A stretch of 57,597 bases of DNA, taken from Trypethelium eluteriae (lineage: Eukaryota). Within the stretch, counting starts at the first letter, position 1, and every line of letters begins with the position of its first letter. Below, in pieces: positions 12,398 to 23,129 of the stretch. The notes beneath the pieces are model-generated. The model was not told where the DNA came from. It worked only from the letters and a program-made list of their open reading frames with translations, and ran no database searches. Where the stretch lies: the NCBI GenBank assembly GCA_051942245.1, contig JAVECL010000083.1, positions 1 to 57,597 on the forward strand, given 5' to 3'. Made by a program: the position numbers and the translations under genes.

Positions 12398-12870
12398 CCA
12401 AGTTAAATTTCCTCCTAAAAAAAAAGAATGGATTGAACGTCGCGTAATACTGACATTCTATTCCCTATGATTGTTTCACTGATATGTTCTCTTCCCTTTG
12501 TGTACGCAAAGTCCATCGCATCTGGCATTGAACGATAAATGAGGGGGACCGGTTTTCTGAAACGAGAGTACTAGAGCGGCTTCTCCTCGGTCCATTCGGC
12601 GTACTGACTTCTGAAGCCCCCAAAGATATGCGCACCCTGCCCCAGTGGGTGGAAATTTATTGCATTTACCATTTTCTACATGTAGAGTCACTTACTTAGA
12701 CTAAGGTCACAGCAACATTCATATTCATTTTCCAGAGCCGCAGTACTCACTACAGTGCACCAGCTACGATAAGGTAGCCATCTCATTTGCATACAACGAT
12801 CAACGGAAAATAGCTCAATGTCTTCTAAGGTTCACTAACCAAAATCATCGCTAACAACAAGAATATCGGC

Positions 12871-14388
12871 CTAGAAGCCAGATCCTCCAACGATACCCCT
12901 CTGATTGGACAGTCTTATCTCGTCCCAACGCTGGATCCTTCGACTTTGACTTTCTGTTCCTATTCAGCTGACACTGTCCCCAATGTGGACTGATCGGGCC
13001 TCCCAGTCGTCGCATTCGAGCAACGGCATGCTGTTAGCCGCGCTCTCTTCACAAATCTTATCAGGAACTTCATCGAGCCAGGCTTCAATGCGTGCCACGG
13101 GTGCACTGTAGATCATATCGTTTTCCATGCTCTCGCCATAGCCATCGTGAGGGTCGTTCTGGAAAATGGACTCGTCTAGGGCATCCTGTTTGATGCCAAC
13201 CTGCCGTGCTTGTCTCCTTGTCTCTCTCAGCTTGGCTTCGGCATCGATTAGCTCTCTGGTATATTGTCGCTTCCCTTCGACATAAAAATTGTCGAAGGCC
13301 GTCCTTGCGATGTTATGGACACCCGCTGCGATATCCTCATAATATTCGGCGAGATTCTTGTTGTACTCGTCATTGAATCCGTCAAAATGTTCTTTGGCCT
13401 TTTCGAACGCAGCCTCTCTTTCGAAGAGCTCTTGATAAACATTCAACTTGAGCAGCTCGCTTGCGGTCGGAGATTCTTCAGATTCGGTTTCGTCACAGTA
13501 TTCGTTCGCAAAGGAGTACTCGTTCTCCAACCGTACATTTATGGATCCCATGTCTGGCGTTCCTGTTGGCTCTTCTCTCCCCAAGACACCGCAAGCCTGT
13601 AAAGGATGTTTCATAAGGTCGTATAGTACACCTTCATGGCTTCTTTTCGCGAGATTTGCCGCCTGGAGGTCAATGTGCTGGTTTTCCAGAGCTTCTGTGA
13701 ATTCCTCAAGAGAACCTTCAAGAGACTGCTTCTGCCTCAGAAGATCGCGGATTTCGTTTTCGACAACTTTCGAGTTCTCCTCCGAGCTGTGTAATTGCTT
13801 CTCGCTCAGTTCTCTCAGGAGATCCTGCGAATCCTCAATTTGCTCTTCAATCTCCTGAACTTTGCTGTTCAACATTCGTCTCCGTTTATCCATATCTTCC
13901 ACTTGGTGGTAGCACAGTACGTTGGTTTGAAATTGTTCAGCTAGCTCAGCTGTCAGAGTCAATGCATACGTCTCGACACCGTTCTGATTGATTGTCACGA
14001 GCTGGGCGTCTTGGTCGCTGAATCTTGGATAGGTCTGCGTACTCTCGGAAACGCGATCATTGTTGGACAAGGACATTACTGCGCTCAAGGTTCTTTTATC
14101 TTCCTGCTCCCTATTTAAGTGTGTTCCTTCAGTACGCAGAGTTGTCTCGGGTATCGCATTCAAGATGGGACTCTTTGAAACTCCGTCCTCCTCGTGGGCT
14201 GACATTGCGGGATGTTCTTCAGCGGTATTTCGCCCTCCTTCCACTACTCTGGCATTACGAGAAACTTCACTAAAGTCGTTCGTGGTAATCATTCGCCTAG
14301 AGTCGTCGGAGAGTCTAGGATCCGGTGCAGTACCCCAGGGTAGACCGAGCCATTCGGCTGCTCGCTTGAGAGGCAATATATTGTTCAT
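12871..14388 (-). CDS. Cassette gene A2: coiled-coil protein, truncated by an in-frame TGA in its conserved C-terminal tail
   Basis: ATG at 14388 (MNNILPLKRAAEWLG...). The ORF stops at TGA 12964-12966, but the same frame continues IGTESQSRRIQRWDEIRL... to TAG 12871, matching the A3/A4 tails (CIGHEDQGRRIRRWEEMKL). Confidence 0.8.
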
Positions 14389-14869
14389 GCTTGCTGGATC
14401 TCGAATCAACAGCTTTTTTGATTGAGTTTTGGTGGCACTAGAAAGAAATATGATAGGTGGGTGAGCTGATCTTCACGAGATTTGTGGTGGTCTCAGTCTT
14501 CTTGTACTGCACCTTATGCAGTTGGGACATTTAAGAGGGATGCGAAACAAAGCAAGAACAACAAGCAAATTCTATGAAATAAAGAGAGCGATACGGCAAA
14601 CTTCTACGTTTGCTTTGTGCTCAAAGACTTGACAATCGACGGGGAAAGCCATCCATCACAATGCGAGGTGGTAACAACAAAGACACTTCGGCGTCTCACT
14701 CTGGTCACGATAGTTGGTTGAAGCTCTACAAAGCAGTCTATGCTCGCATGTTTCAATTTATTACTTATCAAAACTCCTTCCCTTCAAGTGTAATTTCTAT
14801 TCAGAATTTATTTTCTTTCCGAAAACCGTAAAATCTATCTCGACACCACAAGCTTCAAAAAGAATAATC
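14389..14869. promoter_or_regulatory. Putative bidirectional promoter of cassette 2 (A2/B3)
   Basis: ~480 bp between the divergent ATGs at 14388 and 14870; contains the A-proximal conserved motif at 14393-14413. Confidence 0.5.
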
Positions 14870-15850
14870 ATGCTATCTTTTCGAGGAACAGGAAATGAGC
14901 CGCAGAGCGCTGCGCGGAAGCGGCTTGTTCCCAAGACTTCTCCAAGCACTACCCAAAGAGAAGAACGTGTGCAATCGAGAGAGACCTCGAATCAGGCGCC
15001 AGGCACTCTCGCTGGGTCCTCAAGAGCATCGGGAGTTCCACATTCCGCCTGGAGTACACCGTTAGCTCCAAACATTCCTTCACAGAACAAACAAGGTATG
15101 GTACAGCCCGGCCCTCTACTGAAGAAAGGTCATAAGTCGACAACTATAGCCCAGACTACATTAGTTCCGCCGCCTATTTACATCGCTCCATCTTCTATCA
15201 TGGATAAGCATCCGCTACATGAAAACTGGATCAAGGGAATTAAATCTATCAAAGAAGGTCTTGAGGAGGGTGCAGTGATCCTCGCCCCCTATCTGGAGCC
15301 ACTTCTTGACGATAAGATCGCTCCGGGACATAAAGACAGGGCGGAGACACATATTGGCGCGGCTATCGCGAAACATCGTTCTTATGTCATATTAGCCAAG
15401 CACGAATTACACTACTCTGCGATCTCCCTATGGACTCACCAAGAACAAGGCATTGATAAGCGGACGGCACAGTTTCAATTGGAGAATGTCGGCGTAACCA
15501 AGCGCACGCTTAAGAGTATGCAACAAGGCCCACATCGTCCACTGGTACTTGAAGATACAACAAGGTGGAATGTGAAAGATACTTGTGTTGCTCATTTCAC
15601 TGAACTTCATTCAATTGCTTACTCTTGTCCTGTACGGCCACTAGGTTATATCACTCGTCTGAGTTATATCCGTCTTGTCGAATTGTATATGGGGAGTGTC
15701 AATCTAAAGCTTGAGCATATCCAAAAGAAGATGCAAGAAGACGAACAGACCACACCTCGTGCTAGTGAGTGTACGGTTGCTGAGAGGCGCTGGACAGCTT
15801 CAGTTTCGCCGGCAAAAAGCTTACACGTTCTCGTGGAGTCTACTGCATAG
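14870..15850 (+). CDS. Cassette gene B3: PemK/MazF-like (DUF6590-like) protein
   Basis: First ATG of the 14714-15850 ORF is at 14870. Core: EEGAVILAPYLEPLLD...RAETHIGAAIAKHRSYVILAK..LHYSAISLWTHQEQGI...CVAHFTELHSIAYSCPVRPLGYITRLSYIRL. Confidence 0.85.
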   Translation: MLSFRGTGNEPQSAARKRLVPKTSPSTTQREERVQSRETSNQAPGTLAGSSRASGVPHSAWSTPLAPNIPSQNKQGMVQPGPLLKKGHKSTTIAQTTLVPPPIYIAPSSIMDKHPLHENWIKGIKSIKEGLEEGAVILAPYLEPLLDDKIAPGHKDRAETHIGAAIAKHRSYVILAKHELHYSAISLWTHQEQGIDKRTAQFQLENVGVTKRTLKSMQQGPHRPLVLEDTTRWNVKDTCVAHFTELHSIAYSCPVRPLGYITRLSYIRLVELYMGSVNLKLEHIQKKMQEDEQTTPRASECTVAERRWTASVSPAKSLHVLVESTA

Positions 15851-16563
15851 ATCTCAGCTGGTAATCTAATGTTTCCTTACAATGTCTCCTCATTTTTCAT
15901 GACGACTTAATCAAGAAATACCATCAGCAATTCTACTATCTCTCAGTAAGTTTGATCGATTCCTAGAAGCCCACAGAAGGATTTGCAAAAGACGTACCAA
16001 GCATCAATAAGTGAATGCAAAATGACGCAGCCCTAATTTCTCCACAGAAGAGCAAGGCATGCCAGTTAGTCAACGGTACCAGCAGGGACTTGAAATCTGC
16101 TATGGGTTGAAGTACCATCAGGATCAAAAGTGCTTATATGTATGGCAATCTTCCATATTATTGAGGAAACGAGTCAGAAGAAGGCTGTATGTGATTATGC
16201 TACCATACTGAGGAGATTCGCTACGCTAGCCAGTCCGGAAAGTCACTCTATCCGGCCACTTAAGAGGGCCGTGGCTAGTTTACTCAGTAGGCCTCTACGT
16301 AATTAGATGAAATCAAGCAAGTTTGACTTCCGAATGCCATATGAAAACGGACCCTCACCCTCTACCCAGCTCCCTATGTCTCAGATAATCTACAGGCATT
16401 TGTCACAACGCAATCAGTTCACTTATAACTCAAACACAAACCATACTGAAGGTGCTGGAAATTCGCTGACTAAAGGGAATTATCTGGGACGAACACGTTT
16501 GAATGAAGGTCAAATCCTTAAATCCAGAGATCAATTATTTTCATTGTAAGCAAGTCAGGATTG

Positions 16564-18054
16564 TTAATGCATCTGCAATTTCATCTCCTCCCAACGCTGA
16601 CTTTTCCGCCCCTGGCCCTCATAACCTACGCAGCTGATACTGTCACCCATTTCCACACTCTTTGTTTCCCATTCATCAACGCTGAAATTTGGAACACTAA
16701 TGACGACGCCGTTTTCGTAAGCTTCATCAGGGATGTCCTCCTGCCAAGCGTGTATATCTTCGCGAGGGGCTGCACGAATCATATCCTCCTCAAGGCTTTC
16801 CGCATAGCCAGCGTTAACGTCACTCTGGAAGACAGATTCTTCATCAAACGCGTGCGCTACACCGACTTCGCGGGCCTTTTCCTTGGCAGCTCGGAGATCT
16901 GCTTCTGCCTCAATAAGTTGCCTCGTTATCTGGCTCTTCAGAGTAAAGTGATAATGGTCGAATTGTGTTCTAGAGTCGTTGTGAACGCCATTTGCTCGGT
17001 CTGATAGAAAATTTGAGAGATTTCTATCATAGATCATGCGGAAGTTTTCTAGATGATCCCGACATTCTGCGATTTCATTCTCTTTTTCTTCGATGAGCTG
17101 GCGCAGATTCAGTCTCTCCTCCTCGCTTGGGGAAACCGAGTTCTCTTCCCAGCCTGCTGCACTGAAGTCCATATAAGAGTATTTTTCCTCCAAAGGCTGG
17201 TCATGATCAAGTTGAATTGGAATCGACTCTGGGATGGAAGGTTCTCGTGGTCTTTCGATGGTATTCAATAGACCACTTTGATTCAAGGGCTTTTCAAGCA
17301 TGTCCAGGAAAGCCTGTCCATATGTCTTTCTCGCAAAATCAGTCGAATACTGCTCACATTGATAGGCATCGAGGATACTTTGGAGCTTTTCAATTGACCG
17401 ACTCAGGTCATCTTCCTTGGCATTCATTTCTTCTGTCTGCATGTCAATACCATTCGATGACATGTATTGACTTGGAGCTGATTTTCGCCCAAAAAAGTCG
17501 GCCAAAGACATGTCGATTTGCGCCAGCTCTGCCCGGGCGCTACCGAGGGCATTCTCTAGATCACGGACCTTTTTGTCTAAGCCATCGGTAGTGCGGGAGA
17601 TCTCGATATTAGTCCGAAGGGTATCGAGAAGCTCAGAAGTAAGGAGAAGTGCATGGACTTCCTTGCCATTCTTGTTGACTATTACCACTTGCTCTCCTGT
17701 GTCTGAAATATCTCGCTCACCCATATTTACGCTGCCACTTTGCACATGCCATCGAGAGTTCGACAGATTGGAGCTCATGGACTCGGCAATTCGGATGGTA
17801 GGCTTGCTGTCACGACATTCAGGCTTCAGACTGGAGATACGAGGTGATAGCTGTCTGCTCGTATCTAACAGTAAAGCTCTGCCATTTTGCTCTGATGGTT
17901 CTGGTCCTTGTTTGCGTGCCGCAAGTCCGTCAGCGGCGGATATCGCGACTGCATCTGCATTAGCAATCGCAGCTTCGTCGAGATCTCTTGGGCATTGCAC
18001 CATATCCAAGACTTGCTGCTCGAGCCAATTGTACGCTTGTCTGAATTGATCCAT
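16564..18054 (-). CDS. Cassette gene A3: uncharacterised coiled-coil protein with acidic tail (candidate antidote)
   Basis: Intronless 496-aa ORF: VVIVNKNGKEVHALLLTSELL, FDHYHFTLKSQITRQLIEAE, GYAESLEEDMIRAAP, VDEWETKSVEMGDSISCVG...RWEEMKLQMH. Confidence 0.88.
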   Translation of the reverse strand: MDQFRQAYNWLEQQVLDMVQCPRDLDEAAIANADAVAISAADGLAARKQGPEPSEQNGRALLLDTSRQLSPRISSLKPECRDSKPTIRIAESMSSNLSNSRWHVQSGSVNMGERDISDTGEQVVIVNKNGKEVHALLLTSELLDTLRTNIEISRTTDGLDKKVRDLENALGSARAELAQIDMSLADFFGRKSAPSQYMSSNGIDMQTEEMNAKEDDLSRSIEKLQSILDAYQCEQYSTDFARKTYGQAFLDMLEKPLNQSGLLNTIERPREPSIPESIPIQLDHDQPLEEKYSYMDFSAAGWEENSVSPSEEERLNLRQLIEEKENEIAECRDHLENFRMIYDRNLSNFLSDRANGVHNDSRTQFDHYHFTLKSQITRQLIEAEADLRAAKEKAREVGVAHAFDEESVFQSDVNAGYAESLEEDMIRAAPREDIHAWQEDIPDEAYENGVVISVPNFSVDEWETKSVEMGDSISCVGYEGQGRKSQRWEEMKLQMH

Positions 18055-18554
18055 GATAGCTCTCGTCGCTGGATGTCAAATCGACAGCAATAGAAGAAAT
18101 TTTGGGTTAGTACGGAGGATCGAAGATAGACTAAAAAGTAGAAAGACTGCCTGCAGAACTCTGGTGAGATGGCGGGCTTTTTGATATTTTGTAAAGTATA
18201 CAGCAAGCACATCTTTGCCCGTATTGCCAGCGATCTGTAGTGGCTGAAAGTTTGATGAAATAGTTCTTTGTAAAAGACAAAGACTGCATATGAAGGTTGA
18301 ACTAAGAACATTCTTTTGTTCCTGATCTTCACCTTTTGTCGATCTTCAAAGCATTGCCATGATCGCAAGAAAGCGAAGGCATCTCTTTGACCGCCAAAAG
18401 AAGCTTCGTATCTGAGCTTCACAGTATGCCCTTGCTATACATTTCTCGGATGCTCTGTTGCTGACCCTTTACAGATTACAAAAGCCCTGGTTCCCTCTAA
18501 CATCCTCCATAATATCTCACTCTTTACAGATACAGCACAAGTTCCATTCTCAGA
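18055..18554. promoter_or_regulatory. Putative bidirectional promoter of cassette 3 (A3/B4)
   Basis: 500 bp between the divergent ATGs at 18054 and 18555; conserved motif at 18068-18089. Confidence 0.5.
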
Positions 18555-19481
18555 ATGACCCTAGATCTCGATTATCAAAGAGGCAGAACACAGCAGCACG
18601 GCTGCGGTCATCCTACTGCAGTTGAAAATAATCCAAGCTCTTATAGTCGCCAAGAAGAGTGGAGGACGGCTGGAAACAGCAGAAGAGGAAATTATTCCAC
18701 ATACAGGTCCAGGGCAGCACCACCAAAGAGCGCCCTAACAGCTGCTCAACCCTCAAGCAAGTTTCACCAGGCTTCCATATCCCGCCAAGAAACCTTGTGT
18801 CCGTCCAAAGCCCCGAAGACATGGATTGGCTCAACAGTGTTCGATATGCACCCAGGAGGTAGGGGCTGGACTCATGGATACACCGTCAAACAGAAAATCG
18901 AGGAGGGTGCCGTAATCCTTGCACCTTACATTGCGCCTCTATTAGACACCAAAATTCCGCTCGATGCTCCTGGAAGAGCCGAGACGGAAGTTGGTGCAGC
19001 ATGTGCTAAGCATCGCCCATACATTATCCTCAGCAAGCACTTAGACCATTTCCAAGCTATTCCTCTTTGGACATATCAATCAAGAGGTCTCGAAGGCAAG
19101 CCTCAAGAAGTACAGGCAGAGCATATCAGCCTTGCTCGGCCAGGCAACAGGTACGAATTACAGACGCCGCACAAGCCTCTGTGGTTGGAGGCATCTTCGA
19201 AGTTTCAGGTAAGTGAGAAGTGCGTTGCTCGTTTCACTGAGGTCCATGCCTTCTCCTTCTCATGCCCCATACTTCTTTTGGGCTACATCAATCGAGAGAG
19301 CTATATTCGTCTAACCGAATTGCACCTCAAGGATGTCCATGTTGCCATCGAAATGAAGGTAAGTCGCATAAAAGAGGAGCTGAACATCCACAAGAACCCA
19401 AGCACTTATGCGCAATCTCCGAGGCACGTAATAGGTCTGCCTGGGACAAATCTCCACAGGCTGGAGCCAATTGCTGCCTAA
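18555..19481 (+). CDS. Cassette gene B4: PemK/MazF-like (DUF6590-like) protein
   Basis: Intronless 308-aa ORF. Core: EEGAVILAPYIAPLLD...RAETEVGAACAKHRPYIILSK..DHFQAIPLWTYQSRGL...CVARFTEVHAFSFSCPILLLGYINRESYIRL. Confidence 0.88.
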   Translation: MTLDLDYQRGRTQQHGCGHPTAVENNPSSYSRQEEWRTAGNSRRGNYSTYRSRAAPPKSALTAAQPSSKFHQASISRQETLCPSKAPKTWIGSTVFDMHPGGRGWTHGYTVKQKIEEGAVILAPYIAPLLDTKIPLDAPGRAETEVGAACAKHRPYIILSKHLDHFQAIPLWTYQSRGLEGKPQEVQAEHISLARPGNRYELQTPHKPLWLEASSKFQVSEKCVARFTEVHAFSFSCPILLLGYINRESYIRLTELHLKDVHVAIEMKVSRIKEELNIHKNPSTYAQSPRHVIGLPGTNLHRLEPIAA

Positions 19482-19761
19482 ACCTGTCTTCAGATAGTTT
19501 TTGGTTATGCCTCTTTGAAGAAATATAGAGTGCTCCAGGAATATGGACTTCTTACTGTGCAATGATTAACTTCCATTGATAGAGGGATATGAATAGAAAG
19601 GACCAATCGTAGAGATACCTGTATCCAGTACTGTGATTTGCAAGGACTTGTGGGTAATATGAATATATTACGTCACATCAACCCCGAACACAAAGGCCAT
19701 CAAATAGTGACGGTGAGGCGAAAGGCATTTGTAGTCAAGAATATAATGTCCATACACGCAC

Positions 19762-19805
19762 GGCGGGACACCCTCTGTGGCGGGACACCCTCTGTGACGG
19801 GACAC
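19762..19805 (+). repeat. 17-bp tandem repeat GGCGGGACACCCTCTGT x2.6 (transposon subterminal repeat)
   Basis: Units at 19762-19778 and 19779-19795 plus a partial unit at 19796-19805. Confidence 0.85.
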
Positions 19806-19869
19806 TCGATGGGTACACTGAGTTGAATTAGGTATAACTTTGTGAATAGGTCAATGTCTTAGATAATTT

Positions 19870-20964
19870 GATGTTTTTCTGATGTAGCAACCTGTTCTCA
19901 CTTTGAAGCAGGGCACGTTCGGTAGAGGATCTTTGGGCGGCATTGCCAAGTTTTTGAAGGTGCCTCTGTAGATGCTGTTTACTCACCTTATCATCTGCTT
20001 GAGCATCTTCTTTGATCAGGGTTTAGTTTATACGATGTGAGAGACTCTGAGGTCGACGGCGCTTGGAGTACTTCGCCTTGTGGATAGGGACCGATTCCAC
20101 TCTTACAGACTCTGGTATCGGGAATGGGTGGTTCAGCGGGCGGCTTGGGTGTCTGTCTGAGCACTCTGTCTGGATTAAATGGGAAAAGACCGCTTGCGGC
20201 CCACGCGGACGCGATATTCTTCTTCTTCGTGAATGCCTTGTCCCTTGCCGGGCTATACAAGGCGGTGAAATGCTCTTACAGACTCAACTGACAGCTCCTC
20301 GCTCTAGTCGCTCAACCTGATCGCGATAGGCGGTTTTCAGCGGGGCGAAAACTCCAATGTCACAGAGCTGTAGCTTGTGGGAAGTATACGAGGGTATTCG
20401 GCAAAGGAGAATGTTGTTCATCAAACAAAATTCGAGGATTTCGAGAAATTTATGTGCCCCAAACCCGTCGCAGATTAGGACACGGGGTTCCTGGTTAGCT
20501 CGCTCTTTATTTTGGGGATCATATACAAATTTGAGCCATTGTAGGCTGATAAAGGAGTCAGTGTATCCAGATTTAGAGCACGCATAGTGCCATCCAGGAG
20601 TAGGAAAGGTGCTCCAGTTGCTTCTGTGAGTGGTGGCTGGCCAGATCATCGTAGGACTCAAATACCTACCATCTCCACTGATACATTCGATGGCCGTGAC
20701 CGTGAAGCGCTTAACACGCGCGCCTCTATTCGCACGGGATGCCCACGCTCAGCTGCTTGCAACACATAGTTGGCGAAGGCTTTTTCTTCCCATGGGGTAA
20801 GATATGGCTTTGAGCCTTTCTTCTTTCGACGGTCGTCCCTTTTGACGATAATGGAGAGTAGAGCGAGGGGCCTGACTGTGTTTGGCTGGGGCACGCAATG
20901 TGCCATGCACCCCCGGTGGAAGGAGCCGATCACGGTTTGCTAGCGCCTCTCGGGCGCGGCCCAT
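19870..20964 (-). pseudogene. DDE transposase pseudogene (pogo/Fot1 family)
   Basis: Fragments in several frames: HTH-like PRSTLHYRQKGRPSKEE, CENP-B-type YLTPWEEKAFANYVLQAAERGHP, DDE core SKSGYTDSFISLQWLK..YDP....RVLICDGFGAH...LCRIPSYTSHKLQLCDIGVFAPLKTAY, then NIASAWAASGLFPFNPDRVL. Frameshifts and an apparent internal deletion. Confidence 0.9.
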
Positions 20965-21662
20965 GTTAGCTGACTATGGAAATAATGGTGTGGGAAGATA
21001 GCGGAGTGACATTACGGCGTGTGGGTCAAAGTTCTCAATGTGGGAATGAACGTTTTCCGAGCCTGTGGTGAGTGTACAAGGTGTTGTGAAGAGGAACGTA
21101 AAGGAAAAGGCGATAACGGCACATAATCGCAGTCGAAGCCTCCATTCGCCCACCTGAGCAGATGGAGATGCGAAAGTCACCTGATTGTACTTGTGAGTTG
21201 AAAAGGCACAACTTCACCGTGTTGCGGGCTGTCATTCGATGTGTAGAGTATCGCCAGCTTGGCTCCCTGAAATACCCCACACTGCACTCATGCCCCTCCT
21301 TCCTCAATATGCTCTTCGCTTGCGACCATAAGAAGGTAAGGAACGTAGTGGCTCCAAGAGACAATGAGCGAACGATGGTGGGAAGGACATGCACAAGCGA
21401 AAGGCGACTTCAGCACACAAACAACGCGTCGCCGGTAGACTCATGCGCCACAATTCGTCTGGAATTGGAATAGCGTTAAGCTTATTTTACGACATAACGT
21501 ACCACACTAATTCCTCCTCTTCGTCCGGATAAACTCGGAATTAAACTTCATAGCTTCGCAAAGAGAGATTTTAAAGTACCTGAACAATCACTTTGTCCCT
21601 TCACACCAGGTGTCCCGTCACACATGGATGCACATTATTTCTATTGTACTAAATTTGTGCCG

Positions 21663-23129
21663 TTAATGTATCTGTAGTTTCATTTCCTCCCAACGCCGGA
21701 TCCTTCGGCCTTGATCCTCATGTCCTATACAGCTGATGCTGTCACCAATCTCCACAGGGGTTGCTTCCCAATCATCTCCATCGCAAGTTGGAATTGTGTT
21801 TGCGATATCCTCACGGCCATTAGTAGGAATGCTGTCACGCCAACCTTGTATTCTTGCATAAGGAGCAGAACGAATCATGTCGTCCTCAAGGCTTTCCGCA
21901 TAACCATCGTCAGGGTCATCCTGAAAAATAGATGCGTCGTCGAATGCATGCTCAACACCAGCTTCGTGAGCTTGGAGCTTAATCAGTTGAAGTTCGTCCT
22001 CCGCTTTGATAAGTCCTCTGGTGATGTCTCCTTTCAGGATGAAGTGCCATTGATCGAAAGTCTCTATTGAGCCTTGCTGAATACCATTGGCCGCGTTTTC
22101 ATTGAATTGTGCAGCATTCTTGGCATATATCTCCGGAAATGTATCAAGTTTGTGACGGTACTCTTCTACTTCATTCTGCTTCTCCTCAATTGCAACACGC
22201 AATTCCATTCGAAGGGCTTCGCTAGATGTCTGAGACTGCTGGTAGCCTTGCGTATGAACGAAGAAACTGTGCGTTTCATCCTCAAAATTATCGTTGTCAA
22301 GGTGGATCGAAAATGAGTCAATCCCGGACGCTGGCGGCACTGTCTGTGTCGGAGGTAGAAGAGCAGATTGCTGTAAAGGCTTTCGGAGAAGGTCATAGAG
22401 AGTTGTCTCGTGTAACTTCTTTGCGAAGTTCGCCGAAAATTGCTCTTGGCGATGCTGACCCAACGTGTCCTCGAAGTTCATAATCGACTGCTGAAGAGAT
22501 GTTTTCCTCTGAGTAAGATCCTCAATTTCCTCCCTGGTAGCTTTCACAGTGTCTTTCTCAGGAGTTCGTTCATGACCAAGCAATTCTGCAAGGCACTCCT
22601 CGGTCTCGCTCAACTTGTTTTGGGCATGATCAAGACCTTCCTCGAGATAACTGATCTGCTTGTCTAAGGAATCCGCATTTTTGAATGTCGAGATATTATT
22701 CTGGAGACAGTCTAGAAGCTCAGGAGTGATTAGAAGTGCGTACACTTCCGCTTGCTCTTTGTTGACCGTCACCACCTGCACTCCATTCGGTGAAAAGCTG
22801 GGATGAGACCGCGGTGCATTTGTGTGTTGATCGTGCGAGTTGGGAGAGGCGTCGCCCGCTCGAATACTTGTCTCTGCAATAGGTTCAGCCGCTGAGTACA
22901 TTCTGGTACACCTTGAACATCCATGCAAACAGGTAGTTGACCGCTCCTTGTCTTGAGTTGCTGGTGCAGATCTGTCTTGTTCCGATGGGGCGATGAGACC
23001 CTCTTCTGGAGTATCTGGCCACTCATTAGTACGTGGAAGCCTATGAACCTGTCTCAAGCATTTCACTGTACCCCAAATGTGTTGTTCGAGCCACCCAAAG
23101 GCCCATTTGAGAGTTTTGAAGTTGCTCAT
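21663..23129 (-). CDS. Cassette gene A4: uncharacterised coiled-coil protein with acidic tail (candidate antidote)
   Basis: Intronless 488-aa ORF: VVTVNKEQAEVYALLITPELL, LYDLLRKPLQQSALL, FDQWHFILKGDITRGLIKAE, DGYAESLEDDMIRSAP, DDWEATPVEIGDSISCIG...RWEEMKLQIH. Confidence 0.88.
   Translation of the reverse strand: MSNFKTLKWAFGWLEQHIWGTVKCLRQVHRLPRTNEWPDTPEEGLIAPSEQDRSAPATQDKERSTTCLHGCSRCTRMYSAAEPIAETSIRAGDASPNSHDQHTNAPRSHPSFSPNGVQVVTVNKEQAEVYALLITPELLDCLQNNISTFKNADSLDKQISYLEEGLDHAQNKLSETEECLAELLGHERTPEKDTVKATREEIEDLTQRKTSLQQSIMNFEDTLGQHRQEQFSANFAKKLHETTLYDLLRKPLQQSALLPPTQTVPPASGIDSFSIHLDNDNFEDETHSFFVHTQGYQQSQTSSEALRMELRVAIEEKQNEVEEYRHKLDTFPEIYAKNAAQFNENAANGIQQGSIETFDQWHFILKGDITRGLIKAEDELQLIKLQAHEAGVEHAFDDASIFQDDPDDGYAESLEDDMIRSAPYARIQGWRDSIPTNGREDIANTIPTCDGDDWEATPVEIGDSISCIGHEDQGRRIRRWEEMKLQIH

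Larger units (their letters stand above)
19762..21622 (-). mobile_element. Degenerate pogo/Fot1-type (Tc1/mariner superfamily) DNA transposon
   Basis: Broken transposase on the minus strand (next feature). 13-bp inverted repeat TGTGACGGGACAC (19793-19805) / GTGTCCCGTCACA (21610-21622). Exact termini uncertain. Confidence 0.75.

Noticed and set aside
12964..12966. Selenocysteine recoding of the TGA at a Cys position in A2
   Set aside because: Dikarya are not known to have Sec insertion machinery and I see no SECIS-like element; nonsense mutation or readthrough is simpler.
19762..19805. CRISPR-like repeat
   Set aside because: Contiguous 17-bp units with no spacers, at a transposon end in a eukaryotic genome.
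19500..21660. Strong RIP signature in the transposon or array
   Set aside because: No visibly AT-rich, stop-riddled tract; most cassette ORFs are open and too diverged to pair. Dinucleotide indices were not computed.
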